From the NCBI RefSeq assembly GCF_009914755.1, contig NC_060932.1: a stretch of DNA of 64,000 nucleotides; one strand, written 5' to 3'. Made by a program: the position numbers and the translations under genes. The notes under the pieces were generated by a model. That model was not told where the DNA came from and did not search any database. It saw only the letters and a program-made list of their open reading frames with translations. This DNA is from the human T2T-CHM13v2.0 reference genome, Homo sapiens. Positions 29,801 to 44,751 of this stretch are shown here, piece after piece; within the stretch, counting starts at the first letter, position 1; each line of letters begins with the position of its first letter.

Positions 29801-31539
29801 TGCAAACACAAAGGGAACTGCGTGGCTTGTTTCTACCTGAACATTGTCAAGTGATTTCATCCTTTGAAACACAGTTGTGAAGTGTGTCCAGCAGTCTGAG
29901 AACAAGAAGAAGAAGAAAATCTAATCCTTCAGGGTGTCTGTGTGCCAGCCCTGCTCTCAGCACTTCCCATGTGGAACTCCTTTACTTCTCCTAACAACTC
30001 CATGACATGGGTTAGACTGTGATTGTTCCCATATTGTTGGTAGGGAAACTGAGGCATGCAGGTGTTACAGAGCTCTCTCAAGTGGCAAGCTTTCTGGGTG
30101 GTTACAGAGTGGCAGAGCTGGGGTATCCCCTGATGTCACCACACTGCTATATGGAAAAGAACATTAATCGAGCACCTACGTGCTTGATTCTCTTAATTCT
30201 GTGACTGAACTCTCAAAACACCCTGGGTAAGCACTATCATCTCCTATTTTCACAAGTGAAAAAACTGGGATTCAAAAAAATTAAGTGACTTACCAAATAT
30301 TACAGAGCTAGTAAGCCAAGACTTGAACACTGAGATGGAATTCTACCTTTTAAGGTGGCTAAGCAACAGAAGGATGTTCCTTTCCCAAGGGGGTAAGAAG
30401 CAGTGGCCATGTTCAGCACAATTGTCCTATCACAGGTTCATGGCAGGGACCGAGCAGTGAGGATGGGCACTGCCCTGTGTCCTAGCAGAGGGCTGCCTTC
30501 TGGCTCCCCAGCCTTGGCCAGCAGCCCTTCTATCTTCATGCCATGACCTATTTTTGTTCACCCAGTTAGTGTATGGCCTATTTCTTTCCTTAAGAATTAC
30601 TTCATAACTTTCACAGAGTAATAGCACATGCTGAGCACAGCATTCATGAACTTGGACACACGCACACAAAATGTCCCTTTAAATTCACAGAGCAGTATCT
30701 GAGATCCAGGTAGAAAGACCAAAAGGAAAATTAAGAACAGACTCTCAGACCTGCCTTCCCTTTGCATTCAGGTTGGTTTCCTTTTTACAACTGCCCAAGT
30801 CATGAGTTCATAGGGCCTGGATGGCTGTACCGGATTGCTCTCCAGCTGGTCTCTCTGCATCCAGAAATTTCTACAACCTACTGGGGTAAAATCTTTCTCA
30901 ACCCTGCTTTTCATCATCACATCTTAAATATCTCGAGTTGGTTCCCTATTGCCAAAAAAAATCCATTGTCCATGTAGGGTTCTTCTGCCGAAACGAGGAA
31001 AGAGTGAGTTAAATGTTGGTAGGTGATATAGAGATAGTAATTAGGCAATATAATTCGATGTTGTTGAAAGAGCTGAGCTATGAAATGCATTGTGATAAAG
31101 GGGCTGCCTATGTAAGTAAATGGGTATAATGAGGTGTAAAACTCCCTTTCTCTCTCTCTTTCTGCTTCATAAGCCTTTCTGCTTCTCAAGTCCAGACCTG
31201 CTGTTTTTGGGGTTTCCTTCCAATTTTTTTGCTGCTTCCCTGGGGCCTTGGCTCTTGGGCCTGCTGCCTCTTCCCACTCTACACCTTTGGATTCCTTATC
31301 TTTGGCTCCACCTTATTGCTCCATTCTCCAAAGACAAATCCACAAGGCATAGGATTTTACAGAATATGGGGTTACAGAAACAGCATAGGGAAGTGTGAAA
31401 GCCTAGAAGCTTCTTACAGACGCAGCCCCTTGTCTGTAGCTCCTGACTCCCACTTAAATGTCTGTTGGAAGCACCCTGGGGTAGCAGAACCCAGCTCAGA
31501 AGATGGGGCTTATCCACCATGCCTTTTCCTAACCTGACA

Positions 31540-32112
31540 CCCACCCAGATAATCTTTTCAATATGCAAACTAGAGCGTATCACCCCCTGCTCAGAGCCTT
31601 TCTGTGACCTCCCATTTTGCTTCCCAGGACTCCTTGCTCCTTAGCCAGGTCTCCAGGTCCTCCGTGATCAGGTCTCTGCTCTTCTGCAGCCTCATCTCTG
31701 CCATTCTTCACCTTTTGTGCTCCAACCCAATCTGGTTTTCTTCTCATGCTTTGAACACCCCAAGTCTGTCTGCTTCAGGAGCTTCGTACTGGCTAATCAT
31801 TCACCACAGCATACTCCCATCTATACGGCTGGCTCTTATATTATGGGTCTCAGCTAAAATGTCATCCCTTCAAAGAGACCTTCTTGGACCACCCCCACTA
31901 TTCTCTATCCTATTTCTCTCTTTTATTTTCTTTGAAGCACTTACCCACTTTCAGAAACTATCTGGCTTGCTCATGTGTTTGTCTCTAGATTGTCTACTTC
32001 CCCTCCTAGACTGTACTCTCCACAAGAGAGCAAAGCTGTGTCTGTTGCATTCACTGTTGTCTTCCCAGAAGCAAGCAGCATGCTGGAGACCCTCAAATAC
32101 ATGTGAAATGAA
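31540..32112 (+). mobile_element. L2 fragment
   Basis: L2-like GGTCTCAGCTAAAATGTCATCCCTTCAAAGAGACCTTC, CTAGACTGTACTCTCCA. Confidence 0.6.
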
Positions 32113-34019
32113 GGGACACCTTGTGTTATTTCACCTGTTTCCACCTGGTTCCCAAGTGGCAAGCTTGCATTGAGGTTACAAAGTGGCAAAGCTGGGATAT
32201 CACATGATGTCACCATGATGCTATATGAAATGTAACATTAATTGAGTACCTATGTGACCAGTTCTTTAATTCTGTAAGTGAACTCTCAAAAAACCCTAGG
32301 TAAGTATTATCAACTCGAACTTTAACGGATGAGGAAACTGGAATTTTTTAAAAAATGACTTAACCAAACATCACAGAGCTGTAAACCAGGATTTGAATGG
32401 GTGAGCTGCACTCAGCCTTCATCTCAAGTCAGTTTGCCTCTTTCTCCAAGAAGCCACAGTTGATCCTGACCACATCACATATGAGTTGCCTGGATTGCAG
32501 TCATTCATTCACTAAGCATCTTTTAGGAGGTCACATGCCAGGCACCGTGTTAGGTAATGATTTCTCCAAGTCACAGGAGCCGTGGTTCTGACTTTAGAAA
32601 GTTTCTCATCTGATGGGAGGGCAGGCAAGTAAATCAGTAAGGGTGGTCCCTGTCGGGACACTGGTTGAGAAATACCCAGGAACACTCTGATTGAGAAATA
32701 CCCAAAGTGCAAAGTGACAGGGACTAGAGGCATCTCCACTGGACCAGAGAGCTCTGGATTCGTCTTGAGCTAAGTCTCTGGAGGTAGGTGTCAGCTACAA
32801 GGAGAAAAGCTGTATATTTTGAGATATGGGATGCAGGGCCTTTTAGTTCCATAAATAAGAGAACTATGGTGTGAATACCACATGCCCTGGGCTGAACTAA
32901 GTGGGCTCTAGGGGAAGGTATACTGGGCAGGGAGTTTGGAGAACTGGTTTCTGTCTAATCCTTCTCTAACTCTGTGACCTTGAATGCATCATTTCCCCTC
33001 TGAGTCTCAGATTCTCTTTCTGGCTGGCATTTAATGAAACCTAAATATTCTAGACCTTCTACTTGTTCCATAAGTGCTCAGTCCTACACTCACTCTCCTC
33101 TGGCACCAATATACTGATTACTCATTTTATGCCCAGCAGAGCACTGTGTGTTTTGAAATATACAAATAGTGGGAAACGAAATCTTTGTTCTGGATGCAGT
33201 TATAATTTGGAAAGCGAGGAAATAAATTATAACAAGGGGAAAAAACAGGTTAGCACAACATCTTACAACATTTGCTAATTATTTCACGTGTTGGTCTTAT
33301 CATTCCAATTAGATATCAAGTTTTAGGTCAGAAACTCTGTGTTCTTTTTCTTTCTAATATAGTCTTTACCATTTTCTAGCTGTAAGAAAATGTTCTAATT
33401 ACTTTACCTTCCTAAGCTTTCATTCTATAATCTGTCAAAGTACCTAATTTGTAGGGTTGCCGTGAGGAGTAAATGAGCTGTTGCATGGGAAGCACTTAGC
33501 ATGGGGCCTGATAAATAGTAAGCCCTTGGTAATAATTACATCTTCCGTGATGCTAGACACAGAGGGATTGAAATGCATAACAATAGAGATGAAACACGAA
33601 GAGTGATAAATGAAGATTGAGTGTGCACACCTTCTGGAGGAGCCCTGATTGAGTATTTTAAGTAAGTGGACTAACTGTATTATTGTTAAGGAATTAGAAG
33701 CATGTAGGTAGAAGGCTGTGGTAATGGCTCAAATAGAAGGTGGGGTCAGGACTGGGATGGAGGCTAAGAAGGAGACACTGTAGAGAAAGAGTCAGTAGGA
33801 TCTTGAGGATGCTCTCAGCCAAGGGTTTTGGTATCTTCTCTGAATGGGCAAGCCATTAGCATTTTTTCATTGCCCATGGCTACCTGTTGCAGGGACTTAA
33901 TTACAAGTGAGTGCATCTGAGAGGTCTGGTGCTCCCTGGTTTCTCCTAGCCCCCTTTCTCATAGACAGGTTACAGCGTGCTGAAAATACTAGGATCACAA
34001 TTACTCTCACCCTATAAGT

Positions 34020-36038
34020 AAGTTCAAAGAACTAAAGGAAACTATAATTAAATAGGTAAAATAACAATGTCACATCAAATAGAGACTATCAATAAAGAGA
34101 TATAAATTAGTAAAACCAATTGAAAATTTTGGAGTTGAAAAATAAATTAAAACTTTTTATTTAAAAATAAAAATTTTAGAGAGGCTCAACAATAGATTTG
34201 AATTGGCAGAAGAAAAAAACTAGCAAACTTGAAGATAGATTGGTAGAGAGTATACCATCTGAAAAACAGAGAAAAAGCAGTGAAAAATGAACTGAGCCTC
34301 AATATGGAACACCATAAAGCATGCTAACATATGAGTAATGGAAGTATCAGAAGGAAAAGAGAGAGAAAAAGGAGTAGAAAAAATGTTCAAAAATAAGAAT
34401 AGCTGAAAACTTTCCAAATTTGATTTTTAAAAACAAAAAAAATTAAACATTCAAGAAAATCAACAGACTTCAAGTAGAATAAATGCAAAGGGATCCACAC
34501 ACAGATATAGCATGGAAAAATTCTGAAAGCCAATGATAGGGAGAAAATCTTAAAAGCAGTAAGAGAAAGATGACTCATCACATAGAAAAGAAGCTCAATA
34601 TGATTAACAGCTGATTTTTCATCAGAAACAATAGAGCCAAAAGGAAGTGGGATGACAGATGTAAAGTGCTGAAAGAAAAAGAAAACTGTCAACTAAGAAT
34701 CTTCAGCAAAGAAACTTCAGCAAAGCTTTCAAAATGAAGGAAAAATCGACTTTTCCCTATTAGAAAAGAAACAGAATTTATTGCTAGTAAATGTATCTTA
34801 CAAGGAGTACTAAAGGCAGTTCTTTAGGCTGAAAACAAATGACCCCAGAAAGTTATTTGAATCCACACACATGTACATTAAGAGCACCAGTAAAAGTAAT
34901 TATGCAATTATAAAAGATACTACACACGAATATTCTTTCTCCATTCTTTCAATTGATTTAAAAAACAATTGTATAAAACGATATATAGATAATTGTATTG
35001 TTTCACTCTAACATATGGAAATATGACTTATTTGCCAATAACAGCACAGAAGTGGGTGAGAGCAAAGTTGTATCAGAGTAAGACAATGACACCAAGCCAG
35101 ATGGTTATCAAAATCCACAGGAACAAATGAAGAGAACCAGAAATTGCAAATAAGAAGGACAGAGTACCAGAGAGGAGAGAGAGGTACAGAGAATTATGGA
35201 GGTGGCTTCCGTTGAGTATGCAGCTAAGTAATGATTAATGCATACATATAAGAAACTACTGGATGACAGAGAAAGAACCACAAGCAATTTAAAGGTAACA
35301 GCACCCAACACTCACACATGACTGGAAAATGTGCCTTTTCCCACATGCCAGACTGGAAAATTGTGTGTTCCACAGGGCATTCAGTAGAGTACACAGAAGG
35401 ATTTTTGCTTCGTTAGTAGGAAACAATTAGCCCTAGCCTAAATACTGCTCTGGTTCAACCTATCAAATTTTTTTTTTTTTTTGAAACAGAGTTTTGCTCT
35501 TGTTTCCCAGCTGGAGTGCAATGACATGATCTCGGCCCACTGCAAACTCTGCCTCCTGGGTTCAAGCAATTCTCCTGCCTCAGCTTCCTGAATAGCTTGG
35601 ATTACAGGTGCCTGCCACCATGCCAGGCTAATTTTTGTATTTTTAGTAGAGATGGGGTTTTCCCATGCTGGCCAGGCTGGTCTCCAACTCCCAACCTCAG
35701 GAGATCTGCCCACCTCGGCCTCCCAAAGTGCTGGGATTATAGGTGTGAGCCACTGCGCCTGGCAACCTATCAAATCTTAAAAGCAAGACCTGAAAGGATC
35801 AACTTATTTCCAAGTATTAATAATTTAACTGAGTTCTAGAACAAAACTCAAAAATATTTATCAGAATACAAAAATATCCAGGCCCCAACAAGATAACGTT
35901 TAAAGTATATCAGCCAATAAAAAATTACAATGCATGCAAAGAATCAAAAAGATCTGCTCCAGAGTATGGAGATAAATGGGTCAATCACAACCAATCCAGA
36001 AACTGACACAGATGTTAAAATTAGCTGACAAAGACATT
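34020..36038 (+). mobile_element. Degraded L1M (ORF1 region plus fragments), interrupted by an Alu
   Basis: ORF1-like AGATTTGAATTGGCAGAAGAA, ACAGCTGATTTTTCATCAGAAACAAT; many stops. Confidence 0.8.
35468..35762 (-). mobile_element. AluS
   Basis: Full Alu with TSD CAACCTATCAAAT. Confidence 0.95.
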
Positions 36039-36039
36039 A

Positions 36040-36247
36040 CAGATGCTGTTTGACTTGTGATGGGATTATATCCTGATAAACCCTTGTAAATTGAAATTAT
36101 CATAAGTTGAAAATGCATTTACTACATCTAACCTACCAAACATCACAGCTTAGCCTAGCCTATCTTAAACATGCTCAGAAAACTTACATTAGCCTACAGT
36201 TGAGCAAAATCATCTAACACAAAGCCAATTTTATAATAAAGTGTTGA
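36040..36247. mobile_element. Tigger3/MER7-like DNA transposon fragment
   Basis: AACCTACCAAACATCACAGCTTAGCCTAGCCTATCTTAAACATGCTCAGAA. Confidence 0.7.
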
Positions 36248-36496
36248 CTTTGGCTTCTAAATACCATTCTCCACTAAAAGGAATCAAGGTTCTTTGGAGA
36301 AATGACTGATTCTAGTGTTTGGACTAAAAAGTACAAGATGAATCTAAAAGATATTTTTGTGCCAGAAAGCAAGGAAGCTCTCAAAGACTATGGAGTCATA
36401 TCAAAAGGACCCAGAAGCTAACTTGTAGATAACTCAAATAGCCAGTTGGAGACAATTTGACCATCAAAATAATTAATATAAGGGATTATAATCCTT

Positions 36497-37540
36497 GTGG
36501 TAGGCAGAATAATGGCCTACAAAGTTGTCTATGCCTGCATCAGTGGAATCTATGAACATGGAATCTTGCATGGGAAAAGGGAATTTGCAGATTTGATTAG
36601 AGACCCCAAAATAGAAAGATTATCTTGGATTATGTAATAGCTAAAATTGAGTGTCAACTTGATTGGATTGAAGGATGCAAAGTATTGTTCCTGGGTGTAT
36701 CTGTAAAGGTGTTGCCAAAGGAGGTTAACATTTAAGTCAGTGGACTGGGAGAGGCAGACCTACCTCAATATGGATGGGCACGATCTAAGCAGATGCCCCC
36801 ATGGCTAGGATAAAGCAGGCAGAAGAGCCTGGAAGGACTAGACTGGCTGGGTCTTCCAGCCTTCCTGTTTCTCCCTTGCTGGATGCTTCCTGCCCTCGAA
36901 CATTAGACTCCAAGTTCTTCAGCTTTTGGACTCTTGGGCTTACACCAGTGGTTTGCCAGGGCCTCTCAGGCCTTCTGCCACAGACTGAAGGCTGCACTGT
37001 TGGCTTCCCTACTTTTGAGGTTTTGAGACTCAAACTGACTTCCTTGCTTGCTACTCAGCTTGCAGACAGCCTGTTGTGGGACTTCAACTTGGCATTGTGT
37101 GAGTCAATACTCCTAATAAACTCCCTTTTATATATACATCTATCCTTTTAGTCCTGTTCCTCCAGAGAACACTGACTAATACAGATTATCTAGACAGGCC
37201 CAGTGTAATCACATGAGTCCTTAAAAATAGAAATCCTTCCTGACTACAGAGAACCAGAGAGATGGAAGCATGAGAAGGACTCAACCTGTGTTGTTGGCTT
37301 CCAAATGGAGGAAGGGATCCAGGAGACAAGGAATGTGAGTGGCCTCTAGAAGACAGAAAAGGCAATAAAATGGATTCACCCTTAGAGCCTCCAGGAAGCA
37401 ATGCCACCCTGTCAACACCTTGATTTTTAGCCCAGTGAGTCCTGTGTCAGACTCCTGACATAAAGAACTGTTAGATAATGCATTTATGTTGTTTTAAGCC
37501 ACTAAAATGTGATTTGTCTCAGCAGCAATAGAAAACTACC
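36497..37540 (+). mobile_element. MLT1D-like LTR split by MLT2A, lying within L1MC-like sequence (about 36250-38170)
   Basis: TGTGGTAGGCAGAATAATGGCC start; GCAGCAATAGAAAACT end. Confidence 0.75.
36633..37183 (+). mobile_element. MLT2A (HERV-L) solo LTR
   Basis: GAGTGTCAACTTGATTGGATTGAAGGATGCAAAG...GACTAATACA; perfect TSD GATTA. Confidence 0.9.
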
Positions 37541-38186
37541 GTAATCCCTTTGAATAAAATAGGAAGGTGTACGTCCATAAAGATAGAAATAAATGAATAA
37601 ATTGAAAGTTTGATGAGGAACAGGATATCTATTTCAAAATAACTCTGCACAAAACACTTATTAATTACAAAGGGTTAAAGAGCAATTTGGAAGTTATTCC
37701 TAGTTCTCTGCTAGGAGGAGCCTAGTGGATACCACCCTAATCAAGTGATCTAACTGAATATCAACAGCAGTGAGACAGATGTAAATTATGCCTCAGCCAA
37801 TAGTATCAGTGAGAAGAATACAACACTTCTGTGGTATTTCTACCCAAGATACATAACTTAAGGAAACATCAGAGACATTGTAAGAAACTCAGATTGAGGG
37901 ACATTCTATGTAATAACTGGTCAGCTATCATCAAAGTTGCCAAGGTCATTTAAGTTAAGGGAAGACAAAGGAACTTTTCCAAGCTAAAGAACACCAAAAA
38001 GACTTGACAATTAAATGCAATGTGTGGTTTTGAACTGGATTACTTTGTTGGAATCACTGGCAAAACTTGAATGGGTTCTGAGGATTAGACTGCAGTTAGT
38101 ATCAATGTTAATTTCCTGATTTTAATGGTTATATTTTGGTTATGTAGAAAAATTTTTGAAAAGTCATACTAACAAAAGATAAATAA

Positions 38187-38640
38187 TTATGGTAGCTTGT
38201 CTCCAAGATGGCTGACCAGCATAAATTTCTTCTCCCTATAGCCACACAAGCCAGGGTTGCAGTTTATTCCTTTGTTCCCTTGAATGTGGCCTGATTTGTG
38301 ACTGCTTTGGTCAACAGAATACTACTAAAGTCATGCCGTGTGACTTCTGAAGCTAGCTCCTAAGAAGTCCTTGCAGCTTCTGCCTGCGACTCTTAGAACA
38401 CTTGCTTTGAAGGATGCCAGATGCTGTCTTAAAAGTCTGAGCACTCTGAAACCATCATGCTGTGAGGAAGCCCAAGCTAACCACATGGGCAAAAAAGATG
38501 CCCTCTGACTGCCACCATTTGAGACACTCTAATTAAGAACTGCCTCATTGAGCCCATGAGGCCCTGTGAATGATAATAATAAATTGTTTTTAACCACTAT
38601 GTTTTTGGATTTGTTATAAGTTTATAGATAACAAGAAAAA
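38187..38640 (+). mobile_element. MLT1 LTR with intact AATAAA (38578)
   Basis: CATGCTGTGAGGAAGCCCAAGCTAACCACATG; AATAAATTGTTTTTAACCACTATGTTTTTGG. Confidence 0.7.
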
Positions 38641-39894
38641 GTTATATTAGCATGGTAATAAAATTATGGATATGTGTAAGTTTGGTGTTTTGTTTCTTTT
38701 TTTTTTTTACACTAAGCCTATATTACTGTTGTAATTTAGGAAATCACTTGTTTTCCTCCAGCACTTCAATGTAAGAGTGGCACTACTTAGAATGTACTTC
38801 TTAAGATATGGCTGTACATAGAACAAATTATTCACCATGATTTCCTTAGCATCCAACAGAATACCTGAGTGTAGTAGATGCTTAGTAAATAGTTGTTGAA
38901 TAATTGACATATGGGAGAGTGCTGGATAAACTCTTTGAGAATGACATTATCTACTTCGATTTATGTGAGTCTGGCATCATATTTTTTTTGCTGTCTTTAA
39001 AGAAACCAAGAAGAAAGGCTGTGTGTTGAAGTTATGATTTATTGCTTTTCTCCCCTATACATTTATTTCTTCACATGATCATCTCCTCTGCTTTCTTCTG
39101 TGACTAACTTGCTCTATCTGTGTGAACATTTTGCCACTATTCTGCTCCCTTTATACCTGCCTAGGCAAAGATTGCACAAAAAATAAAATGATAAACAAAG
39201 CTCTGTTGCAAATAAAACTTAGATGACAAGCCAACATCTCACATCAGTCAATATGTGAAAAGAATAATATCCATGGACAAGTAGGGCTAATTTCAAGAAT
39301 ACAAGAATAACCCTGGGGAATTAGTTAATATAAGTAAATCATGTTTCATATATCAAAAAAATATGATCATCTTGGCTTTTAAAACGTTCTTAGGAAACAA
39401 GATCTTGAGGAATACTTTATTAACATGATAAAGAAGATTTACATTAAATGAGCATTTATTGAGACATGGCATATACAAGATAATGTTGAATTTTAGGAAT
39501 TAAAATATTAAGTAAGGCAAGTCACTGTTCTCAAGAACTTAAAATATAAAATATTAATCACAGAACCTTACCAGCCTCTTTTTCTGCAGTGGATCTAGAA
39601 TGTCACAATTGGAAATTAATGCAAAGGAAATGTTTCAAATTAAGACATTTGCATAATGATCATTGCAGTGCTATGTTCAATAGCAAAGTATCTTGACCTT
39701 AATACCTGACAACAAGGGGCTAGTTATGTAAATTATTTCATATTAACTCAATGGAATATTATACGCTCATTAAGTTTCATTCGGTATGCATGATATACAA
39801 CCTAAGACACAGATTAAATTAGTTCAAAGGCAACGTAGGAATATTGAACACTGTATATTAAGTAAAATTAGTTCTTAAAAGTGTTAATACAATA

Positions 39895-40128
39895 CAGAGT
39901 TTCTGAATGTCAGCACTACTGGCATTTTGGACCAGATACTTCTTTGTTGTAGGGGGCTATGTTGTGCATTGCAGGATGTTTAGCCGCATCCCTGGTCTCC
40001 ATCCATTAGATGCCATATCACATGCCACCTCCTTCCCTTCACTCCCTTAGCTGTGATGACCAAAAATGTCTCCACACATTGCCAAATGTTCCCTGGGAGG
40101 AAATTTCCCTTTGGTTGACAGCCACTGG
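39895..40128. mobile_element. MER20
   Basis: CAGCACTACTGGCATTTTGGACCAGATA...AATGTCTCCACACATTGCCAAATG. Confidence 0.8.
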
Positions 40129-40183
40129 TATAACACAATATTCTGTATAGTTTCACTACAACTATATTAAAAACTGGTATGCA

Positions 40184-41303
<1,120 letters not shown>

Positions 41304-42582
41304 TTAAAATTTGCTTTCTAAATAGTCCTGAATAAGAACAGCTCTCAGCCCAGGGATATCAGCAATGCTCTCTGGCAATGTCAGCTCCCTCTGGTGGGCT
41401 GATGCATAGTCTTGATTTCCTTTATGTCTCTCAATTTTTAGCACTCCACGAAGAGGCCTTGGCTAGCTGCACATCTCCCTACATGGGTATGTCAAGATCA
41501 CCAACTCTGCTTACAGCAGTTCCCAGATGAAACTCTTCATAATTTCAGATGCACCTTTAATACCAGTGAAGGTTTACCTCCAGGCCCACAGTCTGGGTCT
41601 TTCCAGAGACACCCACAGCAAGATGTCACCTGCTTTTTGATGTCATCAGAGTCAAACACAAACACCCACCACTGTGGTTTCCATGTCTAATTCGCAAATG
41701 GCTTTAACTTTGAGCTGGCCCACAATGTTGTATTAACCCCACTCAGGTATCATCTTTCTCCGTGGGTGAACCCATAGTGACCTTTCCTTCTGATTCTTCT
41801 TTTACTCTAAGGGCATGATTTTGGCAAACTGTCTATATGTACACTGGAAACAACTTCAACTTGCTTTTATGTTGATTTCACTTCTCCACTTTCAATGCAG
41901 AAAGCTAATCAGCAATGCCCTAGGTTACTAAGAGAGGACAATTCTTTCTTAGCCCATTGAATTATGAGCATTTTCTTGGAAATGCAGCAAAAATGTGTTC
42001 TGACAGATGCCTTTGGGTCCCTTGGGTTCTTTGCTAAGACAGCTATAGAGAGAGGGCTCAATAAGGTGGGGCCTGTGATGGGACATTGCTTTTACTGCAC
42101 TGGTGATAGAACAAAAGTCAGACAGGGCACAACACACACTGATACAACCAATCACCCAGTCACACTGCAGCCTTAGGAAACCCATGAGCTTGTGGCAGCA
42201 GGAAAACTTGCTTCAGAGTTCCAAGAATCCAAATGTTCCTGGTGTGTCTGTTGTCTTGCGATATAGACTGAGATCACAGGATTGAAGATACGACCAGAGT
42301 CATGCTGTTGAAAGAGACTGGCTGAGTAGTGATGAAAAATAAACTTGGTCAATCTATGCTTAGTTTCTTTCTCTATCATATCTGTTCAACCTATTTTGTA
42401 GGCTATTTGTGAGAGTCAAATGAAATAATAACAGCAATAATAATAATAGAAAATACATAGCACTTCTTAACATCAGGCAGACACTGCTTTAAGTACTTTA
42501 TATGGAACTTAAAGCAGTGGTAAAAACATTAAAAATAATAAAGCATTCTGCAATTGTAAATGCTATTATTAGAAATATCATT

Positions 42583-43265
<683 letters not shown>

Positions 43266-44713
43266 AAGAAAAAATATAATTACTAATCATTTCATCCTGC
43301 CCTTCTATGGCAGCAACTGTATCCAGGAGCAGGTGTTTGCCATAATAGATATTGCAGTCACCACCGGCATATTAGTGTTGACCAGAAGACAAATGGTCTA
43401 GCTAGCCAGGTGGGGTAGACTGTGCCCCTCTCTAGGAAGCCTCATGACCTCATCCACATGATAAAATTTGCCTTTCCCAGCGGAGGCCCCCAGACTGATG
43501 GTGACACCCAATCTGCTTGCTGCTCAGCTGTCGGAGCGAAGTTGCCCAGGTTGTCATCTCTGACAGTTCTCATCAGCCTCGTTCTCCATTCTTCAGATGA
43601 GTCATTTTTCTTCCTTTACTCTTGGTTATATCTTCCAAGTACTGGCTATAGTTTTGGAGCTTTGGCGTCCAAACTGGTCAGACACAGTGGCACAGAGAAA
43701 AGGGAGAACTGGCTCTTCGTGACTGCACTACTCCCAACCACATCCGTTCATTGACCTTTGTCACTCAAGACTGAAAGGCCACTTGCTTTCAAAAAAAGAG
43801 ATAAAGATTTATGTCTCCTGCCAAAGGAAAGAGAAGTCTGGCTCTGAGCCATGACAGGGCTCTCCCTGCTGCAGCAGATGAGCAGGGAGGCGTGCAGGTC
43901 CCCTCTGCTTCTGCCCTGTGATGAAGGCAACAATTCATCTAAGTAGTCACAGGACAGTCCTGGTTTCCAGTTATTGTCTCAGCATAATTATTCATGGAGC
44001 CTCTTTTAGTCTCCAAAGGGTCCCATTTTCAATGATAAATCACATGGTCACTCTACTTATGACCCATCACGGAGTGCTGCATTCAGGTGCAGTGGAAGAC
44101 ACTCTGCCGTGGGGCTGGAAGACCAGAACCCGAGACCTGCCTCCATCACTGGTTCCACCGGCTTGGGCAACCCACTTCCGCCTCTCAGGAGCCTCGGTTT
44201 TCCTGCCTGTAGAAGGGACATATTTTCCTTCACAAACTTGTGATGAGAATAAGTAGCATATTGGCATGCAAGCACTTGGTCAGCTTTTCACCGCTAAACA
44301 GATGAAAGTCCTTTTTATCGTGACAATATATGTCAGAAGCCCATTATTTTGTCCTGTTATCCAATCCTATTATCCTCAATAATATCATTAATGTCTTGCA
44401 GCAAAATCTTATTTTTCAATAGGTTTCTCCTTTATGCAGGTGAAGAGAATCCATTTTAGATTAGTCCCTGTCCCAGGTAACAAATCACTTGTTCTGCATG
44501 TGAATTTGACATTATGGAACTGTCCATTGTAAACTGCCATGCCCTTTGTGAATTTCCCCTTGCTCCTTCCTTTTCCCACCCTAATAGTCACCATGTAATT
44601 CATCCCAAAGGAATGTGGTTGAACTTTCTGGACACTAACGAACAAAGAACTTGATGGTCACAACCCTTTGTGAAGATGCGCATTCTTGATCACTTGGCCT
44701 GATGTTTCCTAGG

Positions 44714-44714
<1 letters not shown>

Positions 44715-44747
<33 letters not shown>
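44715..44747. repeat. (TG)n microsatellite
   Basis: About 16 TG units. Confidence 0.97.

Positions 44748-44751
<4 letters not shown>

Noticed and set aside
32658-32705. Short direct repeat TTGAGAAATACCCA (similar micro-duplications near 22625, 23815, 54111)
   Set aside because: Ordinary slippage-type micro-duplications with no further structure.
29500-38600. LINC00964 exons
   Set aside because: The location rests on memory of annotation only; exon boundaries cannot be supported from the sequence.
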